Assembly: GCA_942492195.1 (NCBI GenBank)
Contig: CALOEH010000113.1
Location: 1 to 36,420 of the forward strand
From: an uncultured Planctomycetia bacterium
GTDB taxonomy: Bacteria; Planctomycetota; Planctomycetia; Pirellulales; S012-138
Length of the DNA stretch: 36,420 nucleotides
Reading direction: 5' to 3'
Each line of letters opens with the position of its first letter. Position 1 is the stretch's first letter. A program made the position numbers and the translations under genes. Of the stretch, positions 1 to 9,908 are shown piece after piece. Below the pieces are notes generated by a model. The model was not told the origin of the DNA. It worked only from the letters and a program-made list of their open reading frames with translations, and did not search any database.

Positions 1-81
1 CCGTGACACCTGAAAGTTAGGGTGCCTCGGGTGCCGTGAGCTTGTCTGCCAGGTGACGGCGCACTCGTGCCAGGAGGTGCG

Positions 82-1224
82 TCACTCTTCAATTCCGCTG
101 AGCAGGTGGCAGTAGCTTTCGTATCGTCGGGCGTCGATGTAGCCGTCTGCCACGGCATCTTTGACGCTGCACTCCACTTCGTGCGTATGGGTGCAGTTGG
201 GGAACCGGCACTGGCTGACAAAGGGGGTGAAGTCACGGAAGTAGCCGGGGATTTCTTCGGAGATCACATCCCATAGTTGAAACTGCCGGATGCCAGGGGT
301 ATCGACCACGTAGCCGCCGAACGCAAGTGGCATGAGTCTGGCAGTGGTGGTGGTGTGCCGTCCTTTTTGGTTCTCGCTGCTGACGGCGCTCACTCGTTGG
401 TCAATGTGGGGATCAATCACGTTGAGCAAAGAGGACTTGCCGACACCGCTTTGCCCTGCGACCACACTTGCCCGACCGCGCATGTGCAGACGCAAGCGGT
501 CGATACCGAAACCGGTTTCGGCACTGAGCAGGATGACCTGATAGCCCAATTGGCCGTAGACACCGACCAAAGGTTGGAGCGAGGCGATATCGATCAAGTC
601 CACCTTGTTGATGCAAATGATCGGTTCGATCCGCGCTTGTTCGCCGCTGATCAGAAATCGATCGATCAGGTTCGGCTTGAGGTACGGATCTGCGGCGCTG
701 GCCACGATGAGCAACTGATCCACGTTGGTGACAATGATATGCTGCCGCCGTTTGCTGGCTCTGCGGAGCGTGCCGCGGCGGGGCTCAACCCGTTCGATGA
801 TGCCTTCGCCGGGGTCTTCAGTCGTGTCCACGGTGCGAATCAATACTCGGTCACCCGCACAAACCACGTGGCGTTGGTCTGTGGTCAGGCTTTTCAGGAG
901 CCGGCGGGTGGCGCAGTTATAACGCCGACCATCTGCGGCTTCGACCAGGCTGAGCAAGCCATGGACACTGAGCACGCGTCCCGCCAAACAGGACGCTTCG
1001 TCCACTTCGATCCGCACGCCGAGCCCGGACTCATCGTCCACTTCTTCGCCAAGCACCGTGCGGTGGCGTGTGAGGTCCCCTTTTCCGGTGACACGTTCGC
1101 CGTGGGGCGAGTCTTCACTCAGGCCATCGGTCTCGAACCGTCGCGTGAGATCCCCTGGTCGAGTTCGCTCGCTCCGGTTCTTGCGAAAGCTGGTACGGAT
1201 CTTCTTGGATTTCTTGCGAGCCAT
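82..1224 (-). CDS. rsgA: ribosome small-subunit biogenesis GTPase RsgA (YjeQ family)
   Basis: ORF 82..1317(-) has the circularly permuted GTPase order typical of RsgA: G4-like NVDQLLIVAS, then the G1 P-loop GQSGVGKSSLLN, then the G3-like VVDTPGIRQFQLWD. It ends with the C-terminal zinc-finger motif CRFPNCTHTHEVEC. A basic N-terminal tail begins MARKKSKKIRTSF. Both in-frame ATGs were checked in the sequence (1317 and 1224). The internal ATG at 1224 is preferred because it starts the basic tail, but the start could be 1317. Confidence 0.85.
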   Translation of the reverse strand: MARKKSKKIRTSFRKNRSERTRPGDLTRRFETDGLSEDSPHGERVTGKGDLTRHRTVLGEEVDDESGLGVRIEVDEASCLAGRVLSVHGLLSLVEAADGRRYNCATRRLLKSLTTDQRHVVCAGDRVLIRTVDTTEDPGEGIIERVEPRRGTLRRASKRRQHIIVTNVDQLLIVASAADPYLKPNLIDRFLISGEQARIEPIICINKVDLIDIASLQPLVGVYGQLGYQVILLSAETGFGIDRLRLHMRGRASVVAGQSGVGKSSLLNVIDPHIDQRVSAVSSENQKGRHTTTTARLMPLAFGGYVVDTPGIRQFQLWDVISEEIPGYFRDFTPFVSQCRFPNCTHTHEVECSVKDAVADGYIDARRYESYCHLLSGIEE

Positions 1225-1482
1225 AAAGCAGTTGACACCGAGGTTGGTAACCAGGTTCGCCGGCGAGGAATCCCGACCGTGCCCGCTCACCATGCGAACG
1301 ACCAGACACCCCTGCATTCTGCCACAGATGTGGACGAAAGCCAGAGGTGCCGGCTCGGTACAGTTGTCTGGACCTCAGCAAGCAGTGCTTGCCTGCGACG
1401 TGGTATCAACCGAGTTGAGCGATCATCAGGCCATGACAACGAGGTGTTAGCGGGCGTCAAAACCGCTCACTTCGCGGGACGC

Positions 1483-3534
1483 TTATCTGGCGCTGAAGAA
1501 GCGTTGATCCAACTTCCGGCGTCCTTGGGCCGCGTAGTAGTTGACCAACTCGATTCGCAATTGCCGTGAGGTGATTTGGCGTTGAGAGAACCGCTGGTAG
1601 AGGTCAGCATGGCGGGCTCGGTACTTCTTGATCTCCGCCAGGTCTTCGCTGCTGACGCGCTGCTGGAGCGCTTCGATCGGGCCGGCGAACATGGCATTGC
1701 GAGCGGAATTGAACTCGCCGCTGCTGCCGTAGGCAATCTCGTCCAGCGTTTCGACAACCGCCGCAGCCTTGGCGGCCGTGACCAGATCGGTGCCTGCGTT
1801 GATGTTGGCGGCCTGGGCAATTGCTTGTTGCAAACGTTCGTTGTTCTTGGCTGCCTCGGCCAGTTTCAATCGCAGTCGCTGGAACGTATCCGGCGTAGGT
1901 ACCAGCACCTTGGCTTTGAGCTGCTTGGCGAAATGGTCAAAGACCGCCTCTTGGACCTCGCGGATGGGGTCGTACATGGGCGGGGTCCAGCCAGCAATCT
2001 CCAGGACCGGAGAGAAAATCGATCCGGTTGGCGAGATGAAATCGTCACCTACGCTGAGCCCAAGCTTTGCCAGGTTCGTGGCGGTATGCCCTGGGGCGGG
2101 ATACTCTTCGATGGGAAAAAACTCTTCGCGCGGCACAGGCGTTTCTTGGGCACAGGTGAGCAGCAACCCAGCACAGTAGGTCTTGATTTTCTTGCCCTCT
2201 TTCGATTGGCCTTTGAGTTCCAGAACCCGATCGGTGCGGAAATTCAGATCGAACTCGGACTCGTTGCCAATGATGCTCGCTGCCACTGCGCCCATCTTGT
2301 CGGCCACTTTGCGATCTGGGTGGCGGACAAACATGAAGTGCCGTGTGCGTTGCACGTAAAGTTCGACATTTGCCGCGGGGATGCTGGTGCCGGTCTCTGG
2401 CAGATCCACCAGGACCATTCGCCGTTTGCCGTCACTTCCTTTTTCAATGGCCACCACCCCCACATGCGTGAACAGGCCAGGGGCCAAATCGGTGAACAAA
2501 TTGTAGGGGGAAGGGTTCCGCATCAGCAGCCAATCGCCAGGGCGGACGTCGTAGCCTTCGAGGCGATACACGTCTTCTTCCAAGCCCAACTTCATCCGTC
2601 GGGCGAGCCAGTCGATCAACTCTTCGCGTTCTTGATTCACCTTGCTGGTGATCTGCTCCGCCGGAATCTGCGTCAGCATCTCATGCAGTTCAGCGGCCGA
2701 AATGGCTGGCTCTGGCAGGTCATCGTTGCCAACGTCTTCAGGGCGTTGATCCTGGGGAAGCCCAATCTCTCGAAGCGTTCGAGCGGCAGCTACCACCAAC
2801 TCAGGTGCCACCGTCGGATTGCGAATGAACTCGGCCAGGCGATAGGTCATGTGCCGCTGGCCGGTGACTTCGATCAACTTGAGAATTCGTAGCTTCGCCT
2901 CGGTCGATGCCGCCACGGCGTTGTTGGGGGTTTCGCCTGTGGGGTCGAATAGGGCATAAGCAAGAATGGTCGCCCCGCTGGTACTTTTGTGGGCAATCAA
3001 CCGCTCAATCAGGCGCTCTCGCGCCTCAGGCTGCGAAGCCAGGTTGTAGGCCACGTGGTTGATGGCATCGGTCAGCTGATAACGCATCCGGCCAGAGAGA
3101 TCAATCATCAGCCAGGTGGTGCTGAGGTAGTTGTTCAAGATCTGACGCTGCTGGGGTCCCTCCGGCAATTTGATGAACTCTTGCCGAATACTGAGCAAAC
3201 CTGCTAGCTGATCATCGACTGCTTCTTTGGCTGCCACTAGGCGATCGATCCGTTTGATCATCACCTCGGCATCGTCCTCAGGCCGGAACTGCGTCAGCAC
3301 GGCTGCCCACTTCTCTAGGGCATCCGCCGCCTTGGCGGTTTTTTCCACCCGCTCGGTAGAGCACTCGGTGGGAGCCTTGGGCAAATCGCGTTGGCATATC
3401 GCGATCCATTGTTCCAAAGCAGAATCCGAGCCTGGTTGCGCTTTTGAGCGAGCACAGGCGTCGTCAGAACAAACCAGCAGCACGACAGGCCCAGCAGCCT
3501 GACGAAAATGGAGATTGATTGAGGCATGATTCAA
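1483..3534 (-). CDS. large secreted protein of unknown function with a central YiiX/C92-like permuted papain-fold (putative amidase) domain
   Basis: The 760-codon minus-strand ORF reads as protein along its whole length. The segment GDWLLMRNPSPYNLFTDL...FTHVGVVAIEKG...KTYCAGLLLTCAQE has the His-before-Cys order and spacing of the YiiX/DUF830 permuted NlpC/P60-like family. The start is uncertain. The ORF stays open up to a GTG at 3765. An in-frame TTG at 3534 would give MNHASINLHFRQAAGPVVLLVCSDD, a signal-peptide or lipoprotein-like N-terminus. The first ATG (3261) lies well inside protein-like sequence, so it is unlikely to be the start. Confidence 0.5.
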   Translation of the reverse strand: MNHASINLHFRQAAGPVVLLVCSDDACARSKAQPGSDSALEQWIAICQRDLPKAPTECSTERVEKTAKAADALEKWAAVLTQFRPEDDAEVMIKRIDRLVAAKEAVDDQLAGLLSIRQEFIKLPEGPQQRQILNNYLSTTWLMIDLSGRMRYQLTDAINHVAYNLASQPEARERLIERLIAHKSTSGATILAYALFDPTGETPNNAVAASTEAKLRILKLIEVTGQRHMTYRLAEFIRNPTVAPELVVAAARTLREIGLPQDQRPEDVGNDDLPEPAISAAELHEMLTQIPAEQITSKVNQEREELIDWLARRMKLGLEEDVYRLEGYDVRPGDWLLMRNPSPYNLFTDLAPGLFTHVGVVAIEKGSDGKRRMVLVDLPETGTSIPAANVELYVQRTRHFMFVRHPDRKVADKMGAVAASIIGNESEFDLNFRTDRVLELKGQSKEGKKIKTYCAGLLLTCAQETPVPREEFFPIEEYPAPGHTATNLAKLGLSVGDDFISPTGSIFSPVLEIAGWTPPMYDPIREVQEAVFDHFAKQLKAKVLVPTPDTFQRLRLKLAEAAKNNERLQQAIAQAANINAGTDLVTAAKAAAVVETLDEIAYGSSGEFNSARNAMFAGPIEALQQRVSSEDLAEIKKYRARHADLYQRFSQRQITSRQLRIELVNYYAAQGRRKLDQRFFSAR

Positions 3535-3869
3535 ACAAGCGAGGGGGGGACTGGTGGGAGGAGTTCCTTCAACCCTTCCTATACCTTCCAGAATACCTGA
3601 TTTCCAACCAGTCAGGCAATTTCGCGGTGATTCGGACGATTTTTGACCGAAAAAGTTCCGGTTATAGGGCGTGCGAAGTTGCCCCCCCCTCGGCTGCCAG
3701 TTGCTTTGCCTTGGCTCATCCCAGGCTTTGCCTGCCGGGCCCTTTTGGAACACACCTGGGAACACACCTTGGTGGGAATGGGGAAATTCCGTAGAATCCC
3801 GCCCGCTGCGCAGGATGATGCAGCAGGATCTTCGTGTTAGCTGAGCCGTACCCGCACCGGAGGTGGTCG

Positions 3870-4811
3870 ATGCTCCGTGAGTTTCGAGGCTGGAAATACT
3901 TGCTTGTCGTGGTTGCCTTGGCTTGCCCAGGGGGCGCTGAGGAAACCCTTGCGCAGGTTCCGCCTCCGTCAGGCACTAGTGGGCAGCGCCCCGCGGTGAC
4001 GCAATTTCCGCAACCGCCAACTCGTCCGCCGGCAACGGTTCCGCCCCGTCGGCAGCAGGTGCCGCTTCCGCCGCGTGCCCCGTTCCAGCTCACCGAGCAG
4101 CAGTTTCGCCAGATGTATGGGGTGCTGCAAGCCTGGGAAGCCGAGAGTTCTAAGGTCGAAACGTTCGCGGCAGATCTGACCATTTGGGAAAACGATGTCG
4201 TCTTCGGCAAGCAAACCGTGCGGCGTGGGAGCATCAAGTACAAGACACCGGACAGCGGTCTGTACGAAGTGGAAGATCCGGCTGGGGCTCGCAATGAGAA
4301 ATGGGTCTGCAACGGCAAGTCGATCTACGAGTTCCGATTCAACGAAAAACAGCTGAAAGAGTACGTGCTTCCGCCAGAGATGCAGGGCAAGGCCATTAGC
4401 CAATCGCCATTGCCATTTGTGTTTGGAGCCAAGGCTGAAGAACTGCTGAAACGGTACTTCATGCGTTTGGTTACACCCACCAAGGCTGAGCAGACGCAGA
4501 TCTGGATTGAAGCCTACCCTCGCATGCAGGCACAAGCTTCCAGCTTCAAGCGGGCGACCATCATCTTGCAGCGTAGCGACCTGATGCCGTATGCCGTGGA
4601 ATTCTATTTCCCAAACGGCAACCGCACGGTGCAGCAATTCGACAAGACGGTGATCAACAGCCGCAACGTGCTGAACGAATTCTTGACAGGAGATCCGTTC
4701 AACCCTCGTACGCCGTTCGGTTGGGAGAAGGTGGTCGAGCGGCCAGACTCGCGCCCCGCCGGACCTACGCCGCCGCAAAACGCCAGCCGGAGTGTGCCGC
4801 CGCCACGCTGA
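3870..4811 (+). CDS. secreted LolA-like (outer-membrane lipoprotein carrier-like fold) protein with a Pro-rich linker
   Basis: The ATG at 3870 is preceded by GGAGG 6-10 nt upstream. The N-terminus MLREFRGWKYLLVVVALACPGGAEE is a classic signal peptide. A Pro-rich low-complexity stretch follows (PPPSGTSGQRPAVTQFPQPPTRPPATVPP). The C-terminal ~200 aa resemble LolA/LppX-type unclosed beta-barrel proteins (TIWENDVVFGKQTVRRGSIKYKTPDSGLYEVEDP...KWVCNGKSIYEF). This match is from memory of the fold family and was not searched. Confidence 0.5.
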   Translation: MLREFRGWKYLLVVVALACPGGAEETLAQVPPPSGTSGQRPAVTQFPQPPTRPPATVPPRRQQVPLPPRAPFQLTEQQFRQMYGVLQAWEAESSKVETFAADLTIWENDVVFGKQTVRRGSIKYKTPDSGLYEVEDPAGARNEKWVCNGKSIYEFRFNEKQLKEYVLPPEMQGKAISQSPLPFVFGAKAEELLKRYFMRLVTPTKAEQTQIWIEAYPRMQAQASSFKRATIILQRSDLMPYAVEFYFPNGNRTVQQFDKTVINSRNVLNEFLTGDPFNPRTPFGWEKVVERPDSRPAGPTPPQNASRSVPPPR

Positions 4812-4834
4812 CGGCTACAAGCTCAGGTTGTTGC

Positions 4835-5311
4835 TCAGTCCAGCTGATAAGGACTGTCCGGTTGTTCTTCGTGCCGGATTTCGTCCACAGGTTCCTTCCG
4901 ACCCACTCCGGCGTAGAGTTGGTTCGGGCAGTTGATCACCCAGGCGGGCGTGTCACTCACATTCTTGTAGGCGTGTACGACCCCTGGAGGGATGATCACC
5001 GCCTGTCGATCGCTGGCCCCCACCACACGCCGGATGCTGTTGCCGAAGGTCGGCGAGTTGGGGCGAGCGTCCCAGAGGTACAAGCGGAAATCGCCTGGCC
5101 CAGCGAAGACGAAGTAGTCCGTCTGCTCCACATGCTCGTGGGGCCCACGTACGACGCCCGGTGCCGTCTCGCTCAGGTAGCCCATCGCTGGCTGCAGTTC
5201 CGGAGCAAGTTCGTCCGAGCGAAACAACTCGATGAGCCAACCTCGCTGGTCGGTAAACCGGGACAAAGGGCGAAACGTCACCCCTTGAATCTCTCCTGCG
5301 GTGAACGACAT
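4835..5311 (-). CDS. RmlC-like cupin (dTDP-4-dehydrorhamnose 3,5-epimerase / sugar 3,4-ketoisomerase family)
   Basis: From the ATG at 5311 the protein begins MSFTAGEIQGVTFRPLSRFTDQRGWLIELFRSDEL. It continues ...VRGPHEHVEQTDYFVFAGPGDFRLYLWDARPNSPTFG...AVIIPPGVVHAYKN. This matches the conserved F.D.RG.L.E...RG.H.H...Y....G.....L.D.R pattern of the RmlC/FdtA cupin family. The longer ORF beginning at 5377 has an unlikely Pro/Arg-rich N-terminus. Confidence 0.65.
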   Translation of the reverse strand: MSFTAGEIQGVTFRPLSRFTDQRGWLIELFRSDELAPELQPAMGYLSETAPGVVRGPHEHVEQTDYFVFAGPGDFRLYLWDARPNSPTFGNSIRRVVGASDRQAVIIPPGVVHAYKNVSDTPAWVINCPNQLYAGVGRKEPVDEIRHEEQPDSPYQLD

Positions 5312-5397
5312 GGGAGGAGGGTCTGAACGGGGCATCAGTCGGCACCTAAGAAAGCGTTGGTGGAAGGGGACGGGCAAGTGAATCCCTGAACGAAACC

Positions 5398-5430
5398 GAG
5401 GCCGGCAAGTCTTGCGAACTCACCGGCCTC
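5398..5430 (-). terminator. putative intrinsic terminator downstream of clpX
   Basis: Inverted repeat GAGGCCGG (5398-5405) / CCGGCCTC (5423-5430) with a 17-nt loop. On the minus strand it is followed by GGTTTCGTTCA. It lies 29 nt after the clpX stop. The loop is long and the U-tract weak. Confidence 0.3.
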
Positions 5431-5458
5431 GGCACTGTTTCCTTGGATCTCCGCTTGC

Positions 5459-6754
5459 TCAGGCACTCTTGTGCTTGGGCGGTTCGTCGACGAGCGGGAA
5501 GAGTTGTTCCAGCCCATCCACGATCTCTTCGGTAATGACGTAGCTCTTTCCGCCCCCTTGATCAGGGAGTTCGAACAGGATTTCGAGCATTACGTCTTCG
5601 ATGATCGACCGCAGCCCTCGGGCTCCAGTCGCTTTCTCTTTGGCGAGTTCAGCAACCCGCTTGAGAGCATCATCGGTAAAGTGCAGTTCGCAGTTCTCGA
5701 ACTCGAACATCTTCTTGTACTGCTTGACCAAGGCGTTCTTGGGTTCTTGCAGCACACGCACCAGGGCGTCAGTCCCGAGCGGGGTGAGGGCCGAGATGAC
5801 TGGCAACCGGCCAACCAATTCGGGGATCAGACCGAACTCGAGGATATCGTCACTGGTGACCTGCGGGAACAGATCGGCCAGTTCGGAATCTTGCGGGCCT
5901 GTTTCCGCACTTTGGCCGAAACCAATGGTGCGATGCCCGAGCCGACGGCTGATGATCTTCTCGAGACCGACGAAGGTACCGCCACAGAGGAACAGGATGT
6001 TGCTGGTGTCCATCTGAATGTACTGCTGCTCGGGATGCTTGCGCCCCCCTTGCGGCGGCACGTTGGCGACGGTGCCTTCGAGCATTTTCAGCAACGCCTG
6101 TTGGACCCCTTCGCCCGAGACATCTCGGGTGATGGAGACGTTTTGGCTGGTCTTGCCGATCTTGTCAATTTCGTCAATGTACAGCACGCCGCGCTGTGCC
6201 GATTCGAGATCGAAGTCTGCGGCGTGGAGCAATTTGAGCAGCAGGTTTTCAACGTCTTCACCCACGTAGCCCGCCTCGGTGAGCGTGGTGGCATCGCCGA
6301 TGGCGAAGGGGACATTGAGGATCTTGGCCAGGGTCCGGGCCAGCAAGGTCTTTCCAGACCCGGTCGGACCGATCAGCATGATGTTGGACTTTTCGATCTC
6401 CACATCGGAGCTATCGGCAGCCAACATCAGCCGCTTGTAGTGACTGTGGACGGCCACGGCGAGCACCTTCTTGGCGCTGTCCTGGCCAATCACGTACTCG
6501 TTCAAATGGCTGACAATTTCGCGTGGTGTGGGAACCTTGCTAAACAGTTGCTTGCTGGTTCCTCGGCGGCGTCGTTCTTGTTCCAGAATAGACTGGCACA
6601 ATTCGATGCACTCACCACAGATGTAGACATCGCCAGGTCCTTCGACCAGCGGTCCTACGTCGCGATAGCTTTTACGGCAAAAAGAACAGAAAGCGTTCTT
6701 CTTGTTGCCACCGCCGCCCCTGCGGCCCAAGTTTACGTCCCTACTCGAGGGCAT
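5459..6754 (-). CDS. clpX: ATP-dependent Clp protease ATP-binding subunit ClpX
   Basis: N-terminal C4 zinc finger ([31 protein letters not shown]). Walker [16 protein letters not shown], Walker [10 protein letters not shown], sensor and IGF-loop region, and C-terminal [11 protein letters not shown] strong SD (AAGGAG) sits 6 nt upstream of the ATG at 6754. No clpP is adjacent in this window. Confidence 0.95.
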   Translation of the reverse strand: MPSSRDVNLGRRGGGGNKKNAFCSFCRKSYRDVGPLVEGPGDVYICGECIELCQSILEQERRRRGTSKQLFSKVPTPREIVSHLNEYVIGQDSAKKVLAVAVHSHYKRLMLAADSSDVEIEKSNIMLIGPTGSGKTLLARTLAKILNVPFAIGDATTLTEAGYVGEDVENLLLKLLHAADFDLESAQRGVLYIDEIDKIGKTSQNVSITRDVSGEGVQQALLKMLEGTVANVPPQGGRKHPEQQYIQMDTSNILFLCGGTFVGLEKIISRRLGHRTIGFGQSAETGPQDSELADLFPQVTSDDILEFGLIPELVGRLPVISALTPLGTDALVRVLQEPKNALVKQYKKMFEFENCELHFTDDALKRVAELAKEKATGARGLRSIIEDVMLEILFELPDQGGGKSYVITEEIVDGLEQLFPLVDEPPKHKSA

Positions 6755-7072
6755 ACTTACTCCTTTCGCCTCCGCCAGTATTCCCGGATGGGAACCTGAC
6801 TGTAGATCCAGGTGCTGCTCGATACGCGGCCAAGTTCACGAGTTTTATGTGAACCTGGCCAGGGGGCGTCCGTGTCCGCAATTGAGTCGAGCGATTGATC
6901 AGGGTTGTTTCGTTGGTCGCATGGCCTCCGCCATCCTAAGACGCATCGTGCGTGTGAGAAGCTTCACTCTTTCAGAACTCTTAGCTGTTGTCCCAAACAA
7001 AGCAACTCGGTCGGGTAAGGTTAGAAGAAAATCGGGAGCAGCAGCAAGATCGCGTTATCCTCGGCAGCCGTG

Positions 7073-7336
7073 CTATTGCTCTTTTCCGGAATCCTTTAAC
7101 TCCTGTTCGACACGTGGTCCCAACTTCGTTTTTATTGTTCGGTATTCTTCGTCGGATAGCTCACCCTTGCCGTGCAATTCGCGGAAGTTTGCTAGCAAAT
7201 CGTTTGCAGTGGGTGTGCCGCCTGCTCGGATATGGCGTACCCGTCCGATGAGGTAAGCGCCAATGACCGCAAAAGCAGCCAAAGCGGCTATCCACAGAAC
7301 GACTTGCGCCGTCGGAGATGTTAGAAACTTCGCCAT
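7073..7336 (-). CDS. small membrane protein with C-terminal SHOCT domain
   Basis: 87 aa from a verified ATG. One TM helix (VVLWIAALAAFAVIGAYLIG) is followed by LLANFRELHGKGELSDEEYRTIKTKL, matching the SHOCT short C-terminal domain consensus (L..L..G.LS.EEY...K.KL). Confidence 0.55.
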   Translation of the reverse strand: MAKFLTSPTAQVVLWIAALAAFAVIGAYLIGRVRHIRAGGTPTANDLLANFRELHGKGELSDEEYRTIKTKLGPRVEQELKDSGKEQ

Positions 7337-7614
7337 GGGATTCTTTGGGAGTTTGCCGCCTAGTCGGTGAGAGTTCTCCGACCCCTCCCCACGCTGTATT
7401 ATGTCACTTACGGCAAAACCAGTCCAGAACCATTCATCTTACGGAACCGGATGGTTGGGGTTCGGCCCTTGTGCATAGATTCAACAGATTATTCAATGCT
7501 AGCAGTGGCACTGCTCTGACTGCCGGCAAGCTACTGCCATTGCAGGTATCATATCCATAGCAACCGAGCGCGTCGCCCCCAGTTGCCCTGTCCGTTTCAT
7601 CCTCAGAGATTTTC

Positions 7615-9849
7615 ATGTCCCCCACCTCCCCTGACCACGAAGATAACGCCGAACTCCAACAGGCGATCCTCAATCATGTCCTTCGCCCTGGCTACCATCC
7701 CGTCAAACCCAAAGTCATCGCCAAGAAGCTGCATCTCGATCAAGATTGGCATTCTGATGTGAAGCGGGCCATCAAGCAGCTCGTCAAACAAGGCAAACTA
7801 GCCTACGGCTCCAAACATCTGGTCACAGCTCCCGAGGCAAAACCCCAGACCAACCGCATCACCGGCGTACTCCGCAAGGTCAACAGCGGAGACGGATTTG
7901 TCCGCCCTCTGACCGCAACCCCAGGCGACCGCAGCGAAGACGTCTTTATCCCGGGGCCCGATTGCGGAGACGCCGCCACGGGTGATACGGTGCTCGTTAA
8001 GATCACCCATCCGCCGGGGCAGCGCCCCAGCCGGCGAGGTGTGATCGTCGAAGTCATCGAGCGAGATACCCATACCTTTGTCGGCACCTACCTCGAAAAA
8101 GAGGGGAGTGCGTACGTTCAGGTCGACGGAACCGCTTTCCAAGATCCTATCTTCGTCGGGGACGCTGGGGCCAAGAATGCCAGGAGTGAGGATAAGGTCT
8201 TCTTCGAGATGGTCCGCTTCCCCTCCCATTCCAGTCCTGGAGAAGGGGTCATCACCGAAGTCCTGGGAAGTCGTGGGACCCCTGGTGTGGACACTTTGGG
8301 GGTGATCCGCGAATACAACCTGCCAGAGGAGTTTAAAGAAGAAACGCTGGCCGCCGCCCGCGAGGTGGCCGATCGGTTCGACGAGTCGCTCAAAGGGCGT
8401 ACGGATTTTACCGAAGACACCATTATCACGATTGATCCGGAAGACGCCCGGGACTTTGATGACGCGATCAGTCTGGTCGCGCTCGATGGAGGGCATTGGA
8501 AACTTGGGGTCCACATTGCGGACGTCGCCCACTTCGTCCAGCCTGGTTCAGCCTTAGATCGCGAAGCCCAAGAGCGAGCCACCAGTGTTTACCTGCCAGA
8601 TCGGGTGTTGCCGATGTTGCCGGAGATTGTCTCCAACAGCCTGGCCAGCCTGCAACCGGACCACGTGCGGTACACCAAAAGCGTGGTGATGGAGTTCAAT
8701 GCCGATGGCGTCATGGTAGACGTCCAGTGGTATCGGGCCGCCATCCGCAGCTGTCGGCGGTTCACCTACGAAGAAGTCGACTCCTACCTGGCGACACCTG
8801 AACGGTGGCGCACGCAGCTCACGGCCAACGTCTTTCGACTGCTGGCGGACATGCACCGCCTGGCCATGCAACTGCGAAAACGGAGGATGAACCGGGGAAG
8901 TTTGGAACTCAACATGCCAGACATCCGGGTCAAACTGGATGCAGACGGTCGGGTGTGCGGTGCCTATCAGGAGAAGAACACCGAGAGCCATCAGATCATC
9001 GAAGAGTTCATGCTGGCCGCCAACGAGGCCGTGGCCCAGCGTCTGGCCAACGAAGGGCTCAAATTCCTCCGTCGGGTGCATCCACCCCCGACACCGCGCA
9101 AGACCAAGATCCTGACCCGGTTTGTCCACGAGTTGGGACTCCCGGTCGAAAGCCTGCAAAGCCGGTTCGCCTTGCAGCAACTGCTGCTAGACGTCCATGG
9201 TTCGCCCCAAGAACGGGCCGTCCACTTCGCCGTCCTGCGGAGCATGGGTCAGGCGGTGTACACCCCTGAGGAGTTAGGACACTTTGCCCTGGCCAGCGAA
9301 GAGTATTGCCACTTCACCTCGCCGATTCGCCGGTATCCGGATCTGACCGTCCACCGACTCTTGGACGATCTGATCGATGGGAAGAAGCCGGACCAGAACA
9401 CCAAAACCCTGGCGGTGATGGGGCAGCACTGTTCGGATAGAGAACGTCGAGCGGAAGCCGCCGAGCGCGAACTCAACCGGATCAAGCTGCTGAGCTACTT
9501 TGCCGAACGCGTCGGACTGGAAATGGATGCCGTGATTTCCGGCGTCGAATCCTTCGGCCTGTTCGCCCAAGGAACCGAGATCCCGGCCGAAGGTCTGATC
9601 CACATCACCGGCTTGCCGGAGGATCTGTACGAATTCGACAAGGCCACGCATACCATCAGCGGCCGCCGCCGTGGCAACACGTTTCGACTGGGGGATACGG
9701 TGCGCGTGGTGGTAGCGCACGTGGACGTGCAGCGCCGCGAACTGGACTTCCGTCTAATTGCCAAGAAGGGGCGCTCCCGCCCTGCCAGCAAGTCCGCAGG
9801 CCCCAAGAAGAAGTTCAAAAAGAAATCGCGGAAAAAGAAACGCCGGTAG
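7615..9849 (+). CDS. rnr: ribonuclease R (RNB-family 3'-5' exoribonuclease)
   Basis: 744 aa. N-terminal winged-helix/cold-shock region, RNB catalytic domain with IDPEDARDFDDAIS and HFTSPIRRYPDLTVHRLL, an S1-like C-terminal region, and a lysine-rich basic tail (KKKFKKKSRKKKRR) as in RNase R. The ATG at 7615 was verified in the sequence. Confidence 0.9.
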   Translation: MSPTSPDHEDNAELQQAILNHVLRPGYHPVKPKVIAKKLHLDQDWHSDVKRAIKQLVKQGKLAYGSKHLVTAPEAKPQTNRITGVLRKVNSGDGFVRPLTATPGDRSEDVFIPGPDCGDAATGDTVLVKITHPPGQRPSRRGVIVEVIERDTHTFVGTYLEKEGSAYVQVDGTAFQDPIFVGDAGAKNARSEDKVFFEMVRFPSHSSPGEGVITEVLGSRGTPGVDTLGVIREYNLPEEFKEETLAAAREVADRFDESLKGRTDFTEDTIITIDPEDARDFDDAISLVALDGGHWKLGVHIADVAHFVQPGSALDREAQERATSVYLPDRVLPMLPEIVSNSLASLQPDHVRYTKSVVMEFNADGVMVDVQWYRAAIRSCRRFTYEEVDSYLATPERWRTQLTANVFRLLADMHRLAMQLRKRRMNRGSLELNMPDIRVKLDADGRVCGAYQEKNTESHQIIEEFMLAANEAVAQRLANEGLKFLRRVHPPPTPRKTKILTRFVHELGLPVESLQSRFALQQLLLDVHGSPQERAVHFAVLRSMGQAVYTPEELGHFALASEEYCHFTSPIRRYPDLTVHRLLDDLIDGKKPDQNTKTLAVMGQHCSDRERRAEAAERELNRIKLLSYFAERVGLEMDAVISGVESFGLFAQGTEIPAEGLIHITGLPEDLYEFDKATHTISGRRRGNTFRLGDTVRVVVAHVDVQRRELDFRLIAKKGRSRPASKSAGPKKKFKKKSRKKKRR

Positions 9850-9908
9850 TATCATCGACCCACCACCCCAAGGAAATTTCACGCAGGCAACGGAGGTCGA
9901 ATCCGAAC

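Noticed and set aside
277-1569. Long ORFs on the strand opposite rsgA, the large secreted protein, clpX, rnr, secA and the flotillin gene. They span 277..1569(+), 1576..2892(+), 5471..6799(+), 7798..8532(-), 8554..9180(-), 20020..21432(+) and 25472..26500(+).
   Set aside because: Each lies antisense to a gene with unmistakable family motifs (RsgA, ClpX, RNase R, SecA, flotillin). The translations are Arg/Gly/Ala/Pro-rich low-complexity sequence of the kind high-GC DNA produces in non-coding frames. No family motifs were seen.
3315-3527. ORF with a very signal-peptide-like start (MPQSISIFVRLLGLSCCWFVLTTPVLAQ) inside the large secreted-protein gene region
   Set aside because: It is in a different frame from the 760-codon ORF. 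It degenerates into Arg/Pro-rich sequence after ~30 codons. The main frame is protein-like over the same nucleotides. The hydrophobic look is a by-product of T-rich second codon positions in the overlapping real frame.
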